Source: an uncultured Armatimonadia bacterium
GTDB taxonomy: Bacteria; Armatimonadota; Zipacnadia; CAVVLO01
DNA: 64,000 nt
Direction of reading: 5' to 3'
Assembly: GCA_963749155.1 (NCBI GenBank)
Contig: CAVVLO010000003.1
Location: 416,001-480,000, forward strand
The position numbers were made by a program, and so were the translations under genes. Below are positions 23,374-33,587 of this stretch, piece after piece. A model generated the notes under the pieces. It ran no database searches. It worked only from the letters and a program-made list of their open reading frames with translations, and was not told the origin of the DNA. Each line of letters begins with the position of its first letter. Positions within the stretch are counted from its first letter, which is position 1.

Positions 23374-26053
23374 GTGAGCAAACGGCTCCTAATCCTGCTC
23401 GCGGCGTTGCTTGTTTGCGCCCTGGCTGTCGGCTGGCTGTGGCTTCGGCCCAGGCAAGAAGCCGCCGAGAGTGCCGATGGCCTTACCCGGCTCACTATCA
23501 CCAGCCGCTACAACACCCAGACGCGCCGAGCCGGAGAATATCCGGGCCTTCCTCAAAGAGCATCCCAAGGCGCGTTTTGGCCAGTGGGAAGGCATTATAA
23601 TGCCCGCCGAGGGGGCGCGCGCCACGCTCGCAATGGCGATGGCCGCCAACATCGGCCCGGACATCTTCGAGACCGACATCCGCCAGTCCGTCGAGCAGGG
23701 GCTGGCCTATCCGCTGACCGAATGGATAGGCGAAGATGGCGTCCTCAAAGACGGCAAGCCGAAGCTGAAGCCCGACGGCAAGCCCGACCTCAATGGCCGG
23801 ATAGACGCCGACGAGGCCAAATGGGACGGCTGGATGAAGATAAGTCCCCTCTTCCGCCAGGTCGTCACGGTGGATGGCAAGCCCTATTCGCTGCCCAACC
23901 GGGGCGGCACCTATGTCGGCATCCTCTACAGCAAGTCTTATCTGCGCAAACACGGCCTCGACCCGATGGACTACCCCAAGACCTATGAGGAGTTTATCCG
24001 CTGGTGCAGGTTGCTCTACGACCGGGGCAAAGAGGTGCCGGGCGTTGAACTTGCGCCCTTTAGCTGGTCTTTCGCACCGTGGGTGGCCACTACTGGAAGC
24101 AGCATCGTCGTCCAGGAGCGCACAAGCCCTGCGACAGGCAAGACCTATACTTTCAACGAGCAGGAAGAGAAACTCGTTGCCCCCGACACGGGCGAAGACC
24201 TCTCGGGCGCGCCTGTGAGATGGCGCTGCAATGTCGCCCAGGAGGGCCCGGCAGCCGCGGTGGCCTTCTATCACAGGCTGCGCTGGGCGCCCTGGATATG
24301 GGACAAGTCCACCGGACAACCGCTCGAGCTGACTGCCGAGGACGTAGCCAACGGTTATGTGATGGCCGAAGGGCGCAAGGTGGCCTTCCAGAAAGATGAG
24401 GTCATCGAGGGCTGCATCAGCGTCACCACACGCGACCTGTTCGAGACGCTGCTGCGCCTGGGGCGCGATTTGGCGATGTATCCCCTCTGGTCGGGTGATA
24501 TGACCGAGTTCGAACAGCTTGGCCTGCCGCCTGAAGATATGGGGATGATGCCCTTCCCCGCGCTGGATGAGCGCCACAGGCCAGTGCTGCAGGCTTCCAA
24601 CGCCTTCTTTATGATAGGCAAGGACGTAGCCAAACGCGGTGGCGAGACCGAAGCAGAGCGCAAAGCCTATCGCGATATGGTCTTCGACCTGATGACGCGC
24701 GTCTGCAGCGAGGAAGGCACCAACGAGAAGATCCGCCGCCAGGTGGCCGCTGGACAGGCGAAGTTCCTCAATCCGCGCGATCTGAGGCGCCTGGGACTGG
24801 ACGATTATCTGCGCGAGATACCTCCCGAGAATATGGAGGTCTGGCGTCAGATAGACTCCAGCGAGGTGCTGCTGGTAGTCGAGCCCTTTATGGGCAAGTG
24901 GCTGCAGTTCCGCGACTTCTACCAGCGCGAAGTCATCGACCGGGTGCTTCGACCAAGCGGCAAAGATTTCGACTATATGGCGTCTTTGAAGCAGCTCGAA
25001 TACGATGCCAACACCGGCCTGATGTTCGAGCGACCGCCTTCGGAGCTCGACAAATATCGCCCGACCGCGCGCCTGATCGCCGGACTTTTACTTGCGCTTT
25101 TCGCCACCTTCATCGTCCTCATCATCCGGGACCAGCGAGTGAAGAAAACAAGCCTCGCGGGTGTATACAAGGGCTGGCTGCCCTGGCTTATCCTCTCGCC
25201 GGCCCTCCTGCTGATTACCATATGGGGTTATTACCCGCTGGCGCGCGGTCTGGTGATGGCCTTCCAGAACTACAGGATAGTAGGCGACTCGCCCTTCATG
25301 GGGCTTAACAACTTCATCGCCATCGCGCTTGACCCGAACTTCTACCACTATATCTGGACGACTTTCCGGTTCGTGCTCTGGAACCTGGGTCTGGCCTTCT
25401 TCACGCCCATCATCCTGGCTTTCCTGCTTGCCGAGGTGCCGCGCCTGAAAGTCTTCTACCGGGTGCTGTTCTTCCTGCCGCAGATGACCAGCGGGCTGGT
25501 CGTAACGCTGATGTGGAAGGATATGTTCGCCGGCAGCGCAAATGGCACGCTCAATATCGTGTTCAGCCAGCTCTTTGGGCGCTTTGGATTCAAACCGATT
25601 GACTGGCTGGGCAATCCGGAATTCGTGATGGCCTGCGTCATCATCCCAGGCGTCTGGGCGGCGGCGGGAATCAGCAGCCTCATCTACCTGGCGGCGCTCA
25701 AATCGGTGCCGGATGAACTCTACGAGGCGGCCCATATGGACGGCGCAAGCATTATGCGCCGGGTCTGGCATATCACCAGGCCAACGATTATGCCCCTGGT
25801 GCTCATAAACTTCGTGGGGGCCTTCATCGCCACGTTCCAGTCGATGGGCAATATCTTCCTCTTAACCTTCGGAGGCCCTGGCAAAGAGACAATGGTAATG
25901 GGGATGGCCATCTGGCAGGAGGCCTATGTCAACCTGCGCTTCCATCTGGCGACCTCTTATGCCTGGATACTCGGCAGCCTGCTAATCGGCTTCACGTACC
26001 TGCAACTGCGCATCCTGCGGCGGGTAGATTTCCGCCAGGCAAGGGGCGATTAG
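23374..26053 (+). CDS. Carbohydrate ABC transporter, fused extracellular solute-binding domain plus permease (frameshift near 23530)
   Basis: N-terminal membrane anchor, SBP-like (GPDIF, YPLTEWI, DGKPYSLP, PKTYEEF), C-terminal permease with EAA loop ELYEAAHMDGA. Confidence 0.88.
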
Positions 26054-26054
26054 G

Positions 26055-28001
26055 ATGCCAGTGCTCAGCTACACCGACACCAGGCGCGCGAAGGGCAGGC
26101 TTTTCGTCCTGCTTATCTACACGCTGCTGACGCTTGGCGGAGTCACGATGGTCTGGCCCTTCCTGGTTATGGTCACCGGTTCGGCCAGCAACAGCTTCGA
26201 CTACAACCGGCGGTCAGCTTTGCCTCGCTTCCTTTGGAGCAGGCCCGACCGGCTGATGCGCGTGCTTTGCGCCCATTTTCCACCCTTTCATCGCAACAGC
26301 CTCGCGCAGATGAGGGCTTACTTCCCCACGATGCCCGAGGACTGGACGGTCTGGGCGCAGCTAGGTGATGAGAAAGCCGCCACTGACGAGTGGGCGACAG
26401 CCCAACTGGCTGACCTGGCGGATACGACCAAACACGCCCAGATGGTGACAGCCGCCCGCGATTATGCCGATTTCACGCGCGAGATGAACCTGCGCGAGAC
26501 AGTGCTGGCTTATGACCCGAAGTTCGTGCCGGAGTTCCTCAGGCGGCGCTACGGGGACCTCGAGGCCTTCAACAAGTCCTGGGAGGTCTCCGCCGACGAT
26601 TTCGTCAAAGCGACCGATGAGGAATGGCGCGGTGAGCCGATTGACCAGCAAGGGTATGTGCCCGAAGAGGATAATCGCTACCTCGACCTGCTGACTTTCA
26701 GGCAGGAATGGCTCGATCACCATTACACAGGCTATCTGAAAGGGGACTCCCAGGCCGCAAGTTATCTGCGTCCGGCCAGCCTGCGCTATGTCTGGGAGAG
26801 CAAGTTCAAAGAGTTGGCCGGTGACTGGGCCGCCAAAGCGCCAAATCCCCTGCCCTTCCCCGTGCCGGCGGATGCGCCAAGGCCGTTCAGAGAAGCCTGG
26901 CTGAAGTTTCTGCAGGGGTATTTCCCCCTGCGGCACGTGGAGATTACTGTGACGCCGGAGCGCCAAAAGGCTTTCTCGGCCTTCCTCGAAAAGCGCTTCC
27001 GCACAGTGGAATATATGCGTCGGGTGCTGCAAGAAGAACTGCCAACCTGGACCAGTTTCCCTCTGACCGCTACGGTGCCTGAAGAAGAACGCGCAAAGGT
27101 CTGGATGGACTTCGTTCGGACCGCAAATCGAGCCCGAACAGTGGGTTATCCGCGACACGCTGCCGGATCTGGCCTTCCAGCGGTTCGCGCTGGCCCGGCA
27201 CGGCGATCTCTGACGGGACTTAAGGCAGCCTATGGCGAAGAGCTTCAGTGGCCCGAACAACTGCGCATCCCCTTCCGGCAGGCGGTGCTGGTGACCTTCG
27301 ACGGCTCACGAGTGGCAGGCCACTTTCGATGTCGTCGCGAGCAACTATGCGGCGGTCGTCGAGTATCTCTTCCGCCGAGGCAGAGCGGTCAGGCAACACC
27401 CTTATCCTGGTTGTGCTGACCTTGCTGGTCACGCTGACGGTAAACCCGCTGGCAGGTTATGCCCTCTCGCGCTTCCGGTTCCGCGGCAGCGAGCAGGTCA
27501 TACTCTTCTGCCTCGTGACGATGGCCTTCCCCGCGGCGGTAGCGGCCATTCCGGGCTTCTTGCTGCTGCGCGATTTGGGGATGCTCAACACCTTCGCGGC
27601 GCTGGTGCTGCCTGGCGCGGCCAATGGGATGAGTATCTTCCTCTTGAAGGGCTTCTTTGATTCGCTGCCGAGGGAGCTCTACGAGGCTGCGGCGCTGGAT
27701 GGAGCGCCCGAATGGCGCGTCTTCCTCGAGATAAGCGTGCCCCTCGTGAAGCCAATCCTGGCGGTCAGCGCGCTCAACGCCTTTCATAATGGCCTATAAT
27801 GGCTGGGAATGGGCCATCATCGTCTGTCAGTCGCCGAAGATGTGGACCGTCTCGGTGTGGACCTATCAGTTCTTCCAGATGATGGGCAGCCAGCCGGCGA
27901 CAATGGCCGCCTTCATCGTCAACTCCATCCCCGTGCTCATCGTCTTCCTCGCCGCCCAGAAGGTAATCCTGCGCGGTATCGTCCTGCCGGAGATGAAATG
28001 A
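26055..28001 (+). CDS. Carbohydrate ABC transporter permease with large extracytoplasmic insertion (several frameshifts)
   Basis: N-terminal TM (MVWPFLVMV), AGYALSRF, LLKGFFDSLPRELYEAAALDGA, C-terminal AQKVILRGIVLP. Confidence 0.88.
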
Positions 28002-28595
28002 GCAGGGGTAGTACCCCTGCACCCCGGACTCGCTTGCGTCACACTCAAGCTGGCCTTTGTCTTTTGTAGGGGCGGGTCTGGACCTGCCCAGCTTTTCATA
28101 CCCTTGAGATTGAAAGGCGAGGGATAATATCACCTGCACCCCGGACTCGCTTCGCGTCACACTCAAGCTGGCCTTTGTCTTTTGTAGGGGCGGGTCTGAG
28201 ACCCGCCCAGCTTTTCATACCCTTGAAGATTGCAAGGCGCAGGGGATAATATCCCTGCACCCCGGACTCGCTTCGCGTCACACTCGAGCAGGTCTTTGTC
28301 TTTTGTAGGGGCGGGTCTGAGACCCGCCCAGCTTTTCATACCCTTGAAGATTGAAAGGCGCAGGGGATAATATCCCCTGCACCCCGGACTCGCTTCGCGC
28401 CGCTCTCAAGCAAGTCTTTGTCTTATGTAGGGGCGGGTCTGAGACCCGCCCAGCCTTTATGGCCCAATAGGGTTTCAGGAGCAAGCTCCCGAAACACGCT
28501 GCCGAGGGATTGTTGCCTCCCCAGACTGGGCCTACGGCGCGGAGCGAGTCCGGGGGGTACAGGGGGAACATCCCCCTGTGCCTTTCCTGCCTTTA
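28002..28595. repeat. Composite REP/BIME-like array: four ~120-bp tandem units plus an inverted terminal module
   Basis: GTAGGGGCGGGTCTGAGACCCGCCC at about 28066 (degenerate), 28184, 28305, 28427, each preceded by GCAGGGG..CCCCTGC-ACCCCGGACTCGCTTCGCG; lies between convergent genes. Confidence 0.95.
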
Positions 28596-30201
28596 CCTTT
28601 CCAACACGATGTCGCAGGGGAAGTGCCGGTCGCTGATGGTGCGCTGGAAGAGCCAGTCCAGCCATTTGAGATCGGCAGTGAAGACTTCCTTCGCCGAGAT
28701 GACGATGCGTTTGCCTGGCACGAAGCCCAAATCTGGGTCGCGTTCATAAGCGCGCGCTGTCTCCGCGAATACTTTCCCCCAGGCCTTCACCCGGTTGGCC
28801 TCAGAAGCTGGCAGTTCGCCCGCGTAGAGCCAGTTGGAGAGCGGATTGAGGCCGTTCACATCCTGCTTCACCGCGATTGCAGCGGTCACCAGCCCGCCGG
28901 TAGCCGACAGGCCTTCATGGGTTGGGATATCTCGCAGCGGCCAGTTGATCCAGCCCACAGCGCAGTCTTTGGTGGCTTCGAGGCACGCAAGCGCCCAGCG
29001 CGCCTGATCGGCTTCGGTGTTGTTCTGCCAGTCGCCGGTTCCCCCATGCCAGCCTGTCTCGGAGTGAACCACAGGCTTGCCGGTAGCGGCGCGCACATAG
29101 CGGCAGAAGGTCTCCAGATAGCGAAGCTCCCGGTTGAAGATAGCCTCGTCTCTGGTGAGGTTCTCGTACCACTCGGTCGTGTTGGGCGGGATGTATTGGG
29201 GATAGGTATGCGCGCCGAAGAAGTCCACGAATTTCGCCAGCTCGGTCAGGTTGATGGCTGAATAGCCGTAGGGTCCGCCGTAGCCTGCGGCGCCAGGGTT
29301 GCGCACCAGGGGGAAAGCCCACAGCACCAGGTCGAGGGAGAGCAGATGGTTGCTGTCCTCGCCTCTCAGCGCCTGTGCCACTTGCTTCAGCTTGTGGGTG
29401 TAGAGCCACTCGCGGAAAAGCTGCCAGTCATAGAGCGACTGATCGTCTTTCTTGTTCTCGCTGTCCAGGTACCACAGACTCGGGTTGGCGCCCCGGATTG
29501 GGTCGAAGGCGCCGCTATGCTGCAGAGCGCGCGTCCACTTGTCCCAAACCCCATCGCGCCAGCCAGGCTTCGCCTCGAGGCCCCAGGCCTTCGCGTTGGC
29601 TTCTTCGGAAGGATATTTCTGCGCGAGCCATTCGAGCCATAGCTCCTTGTCGCCAGGATAGCCGACAAGGGTCACCGCCTCTGAATCCAGCTCCCAGCAG
29701 AAGAGGGCCGGCTCATGCTTGAAAAGGCGCCCGAGCTTCGTGAAAAGGGCAACGTAATGGGCCAGATGGGCGCTATCCTGGACAAACTCCCCTCTGATGC
29801 GGGGTTCTACATAAAGCCGAAGGTTATGCTCGCGCGCCGTTTTGAAGAGGAAACGCCACTTCTTCTCATCCTCTTTCGTCCCAATAACGACGCCCTTTGG
29901 CCCCTCTTCGACAGTGCCATAGAAGCAAAGACGCAAAGCGTTGCAGCCAAGCCTCTCGGCCAGGGCGAAATCCCCTTCCACCTGCTGCTCGTTAAAGTGG
30001 CTCCAGTAGTCCATCGCGTCGATCTCGCGGTGCCGTTCGTTGAAATACACAGCCCCGAAGGGGATATATCTTTCTCCAAACGCCGTCTGGAAAGTGAATC
30101 TGTCAGGCGCGACACGAATATAGTCGCCTTCCCGGATTGGCGGCGCGGCCAGCCCGGCGCTGGCGATTAGTAGCAACAGGAATAACTCCAAGCGCTTTCA
30201 T
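28593..30201 (-). CDS. Secreted GH5/GH2-like (clan GH-A) glycoside hydrolase
   Basis: GGAGGT RBS with ATG at 30201 (1-nt indel after the start); LGCNALRL, CWELDSE, FFGAHTYP, GKPVVHSETGW, GWINW. Confidence 0.75.
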
Positions 30202-30336
30202 CGATACCTCCAGAAGAAGGCGTAGCCTTAGCTGCCTCTCTCCTATAGACTTCACAGGAAGTCAGAGGTCGCATCCTCAGAGGAAGCCTCGCGCCAGCGC
30301 CGAATCCTGCTTGCAGTCTGATTACAGGAGTCGCCA

Positions 30337-31444
30337 ATGGAACTTGCCTTCAAGCCCGACTGGGAAGAGACCAAACAGCGTTATCTCGCCTGGTGGAAAG
30401 GCGAATTGCTGGATCGTTGCTGCGTCGCCGTCACTGCGCCCAAGGCCAACCCGCCCGCCGGCGACCCGCCCCCCTACACAGGCGAGAGGGGCAAACACTG
30501 GTTCGATTTCGAGTGGTGGGCGGCCTGGCAGGACTGGGCGATGGCACGCACCTTCTACGGTGGAGAGGCACTGCCCAACTGGCACGCCGGTTATCCAGGC
30601 TGGGCGGGAATCCCGACTTTCCTCGGTTGCCATACCGAACTCGATGAGGTCACCGGCTGGTCCGACCCGATCCTCAACGGCGGCACGCTAGAGGACCACG
30701 ACTACCGCGACCTGGTCATCACCGAGGATGCCCCCAACTGGCAGCTCTCGCATGAGATGATCCGCTTCGGTGCAGAGGCTTCACGCGGCAAGTGCGTTGA
30801 TGACCGTCGGCGCCTTCGGAGGGTGCGGCGACACGCTGGCGGCCCTGCGCGGCTCGCTGCCCCTGCTGCACGACTTGATGGACTGCCCCGATTATGTGCG
30901 CGAGTTCGAGCTCTACCTGATGCGCCAGTGGATTGACGTCTACGAGGGCTTCTACCAGCAAATCCGCGAGGTGGACGAGGGCTCTACCTGCTGGTTCAAC
31001 CTGTGGAGCCCGGGCAAGTTCTACGCGACGCAGAACGACTTCTCGTATATGATCTCGCCGAAAAGCTTCGAAGAGGTGTTCATACCCGCGCTGGAGCTGC
31101 AACTGGACTATCTCGACCACGCTGTCTACCACGTGGATGGCATCTGCGCCTTCGTCCACGTGCCCGCGCTGACCAAACTGGAACGGCTCCAGGCCATCCA
31201 GATACTGCCCGGTGCAGGCAAACCGAGTCCGCTGTACTATCTGGACGCCTGCAAGGCGGTGCAGGCGGGCGGCAAGAACCTGCATATCGGCCTCCCAATC
31301 GGCGAAGTCGAAGAAGCCCTGCGCCTCCTGAAGCCCGAAGGCCTGTTCATCGACACCTACGCCTCAACCGAGGAAGAAGCCCGCAGCCTGCTGAAGCAGG
31401 TGGAGAAGTGGACCTGCGAACGCCCCTGGGAGGCCCACAAGTGA
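30337..31444 (+). CDS. URO-D/MtaA methyltransferase superfamily protein (frameshift near 30795)
   Basis: FKPDWEETKQRY.AWW, DTLAALRG, QNDFSYMISP, YHVDG, IQILPGAG. Confidence 0.78.
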
Positions 31445-32412
31445 CGCCGAGAGAAGTCGTGCTGCGCGCTATCGAGTTCCGCGACCCGCCGAGAGTGCCG
31501 GTGAGCTACTGCAATCGCGATCTGGAGTGCTCCGACGTGCTGGCCTTCGGCGCCGGCTGCGCCCGAGGCTGGCAGCCCAGCGTGCCCGGTGAGTCGGAAT
31601 GGGGTTTCGTCTGGCACAGCCTCGACGAGACGATGGGTCAGCCCGACCGCGGGCCCATCCATTCTGAAGCCGCCCTCGACTCCTATGTCCCGCCCGACCC
31701 GTGGGCGCCCGGCCGTTTCGAGCATCTCCCAGCCCTCATCGAGCAGCACCGGGACAAGTTTTTGCGCTTCTCGGTGGGCATCTCGGGCTTCAACCAGGCC
31801 ACTTTTTTGCGCGGTTTTGAGGACTTTTTGGTGGATTTATACGCCAACCGGCCCTTTGCAGAACGCGTCCTCGACCTCGTTTTCGACTTCGAGAACGCCC
31901 TCATCGAGCAGGCCTGCCAGTATGACTTCGATTGCATCTGTTTTGGCGACGACTGGGGCACCCAGCGCGGCCTCATCATCCAGCCGGACCTCTGGCGAGA
32001 GGTCTTCAAACCGCGCTACGCCGCCCAATTCGCGCGCATCCACGAGGCCGGCAAGAAGGTCTGGTTCCACTGCTGCGGCAACGTGTGGGACGTCATCGGC
32101 GACTTCATCGAGGCCGGCGTTGACGTGCTCGAGCTGCTTCAGCCCGACGTGTTTGGCGTAGAGCGCCTCGGCGAGACTTTCGGCGGTCAGGTCACTTTCT
32201 GCTGCGCCGTAGACCATCAGCGCGTCGCCTGCACGGGCACGCGGGAGGAGCTTCTCGCCTACGCCGAGCGCCTGAACGCCAATCTTGGCTGCTTCGGCGG
32301 CGGCTTCATCGGCTATGTGGAGGACTACCACAGCCTCGCGATGCCCGAGGAGAACTACCAGACTCTGCGCGAGGCCTTTGCCCGCCTCGTCCCGCCCCCA
32401 AGGAGTCGCTGA
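31441..32412 (+). CDS. URO-D/MtaA superfamily protein
   Basis: GTG overlapping the upstream stop; MTPREVV, LRGFEDFLVDL, GDDWGTQ, WFHCCG, LLQP. Confidence 0.85.
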   Translation: MTPREVVLRAIEFRDPPRVPVSYCNRDLECSDVLAFGAGCARGWQPSVPGESEWGFVWHSLDETMGQPDRGPIHSEAALDSYVPPDPWAPGRFEHLPALIEQHRDKFLRFSVGISGFNQATFLRGFEDFLVDLYANRPFAERVLDLVFDFENALIEQACQYDFDCICFGDDWGTQRGLIIQPDLWREVFKPRYAAQFARIHEAGKKVWFHCCGNVWDVIGDFIEAGVDVLELLQPDVFGVERLGETFGGQVTFCCAVDHQRVACTGTREELLAYAERLNANLGCFGGGFIGYVEDYHSLAMPEENYQTLREAFARLVPPPRSR

Positions 32413-33587
32413 TGAGCCTCTATCGCGAGCGTTTCGCGCTTACCTTCGCCCATAAACCGGTCGATCGCTGCCCGATTGACCTGGGCGGCACGCCGCAGTC
32501 CACCATCGAAGGCCCAACCGGCCAGCAAGCCCTGGCAGAGTATCTCGGTTTCACCGGCCCTGCCCCGGCGGACTATCCCACCTTCGACCGGCGGCTGCTG
32601 GAACATTTCGACATTGACTTCCGCCGGTGCGGTGGGCTGTTCGCCTTCGAGACTGGCCGCGCGCATCATATCTCGGCGACCGAGCAGGTGGACGGTTGGG
32701 GAATCAAGTTCCGCTTCAGCGGGCAGTTTTGGGACATCATCGAGGGCCCGCTGCAGCACGCGGACAAGGACGCGGTGGCGAAGTTCGAGTTCCCCACTCT
32801 CGACCAGGCCGTGCCGCGCGACTGGCTTGAGAAGTGGACTGCGCTGGCCAGGTATCTGTATGAGGAGACGCCCTGGGTCGTCGTGGGAGAGCATCCCGTC
32901 TTCGGCGTGCTGGAGCTGGCCTGCTGGCTGGCCGGCTACGACTGGGTGATGCTCCAGATGGCCGATGACCCCGAGTGGGTGCATCTCTTCTTCGAGCGCA
33001 TCTACCAGTTCCAGCGCCCGTTGATCGAGGCCTACTACTCGGCGATTGGGCGGTATATCCACCTGACGACCAGCGGGGACGACTTCGGCACGCAGAAGGC
33101 GCCTTTCTGCTCGCCGGCGATGTTCCGCGAGTACGTGATGCCGTATCTCAAACGCAGGATCGCCTACACGAAGCGCTTCACGGACGCCTATTTTATGCAC
33201 CACAGTTGCGGGGCGGTGTTCGACCTGGTGCCGAGCCTGCTGGAGGCGGGCGTCGAGGCGCTCAACCCCATCCAGCCAGTGGTCGGGATGGCTCCTGACA
33301 GGCTGAAAGCGACCTATGGCGATCAGCTCGTCTTCCACGGGGGACTGGACACGCAGGAAGTGCTGCCGAGCGGCAGCGAGGCGCATATCCGCCAGGCGGT
33401 GGCGGAGCTGCTTGCCGCGATGAAGCCCACCGAGAGCGGCGGCTTCATATTCGCTCCCGCGCATAACCTGCAGAGTGACGTCTCCCCCGCCTCAATCGCC
33501 TGGATGTATGAGGCGGCGGGGGGAAGGGAGTCTCGGAAGCTGGCGCTGCGCGTGGCGCTTGCGGATGGCTCGGCTTCGTTCGCGTAG
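32412..33587 (+). CDS. URO-D/MtaA superfamily protein
   Basis: DRCPIDLGG, GDDFGTQ, HHSCG, LNPIQ, FHGGLDTQ, FAPAHNLQ; 3' end uncertain (adjoins the noisy segment). Confidence 0.85.
   Translation: MSLYRERFALTFAHKPVDRCPIDLGGTPQSTIEGPTGQQALAEYLGFTGPAPADYPTFDRRLLEHFDIDFRRCGGLFAFETGRAHHISATEQVDGWGIKFRFSGQFWDIIEGPLQHADKDAVAKFEFPTLDQAVPRDWLEKWTALARYLYEETPWVVVGEHPVFGVLELACWLAGYDWVMLQMADDPEWVHLFFERIYQFQRPLIEAYYSAIGRYIHLTTSGDDFGTQKAPFCSPAMFREYVMPYLKRRIAYTKRFTDAYFMHHSCGAVFDLVPSLLEAGVEALNPIQPVVGMAPDRLKATYGDQLVFHGGLDTQEVLPSGSEAHIRQAVAELLAAMKPTESGGFIFAPAHNLQSDVSPASIAWMYEAAGGRESRKLALRVALADGSASFA

Noticed and set aside
22870..23501. Short ORFs over the repeat arrays (also 27774-28749 and 35142-35797)
   Set aside because: They are translations of palindromic repeats in several frames with no RBS or protein-like features
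28002..28595. Possible CRISPR array (also 22935-23266 and 35245-35598)
   Set aside because: Inter-palindrome segments are near-identical between units rather than unique spacers, periods are 120-160 bp, and no cas genes are present
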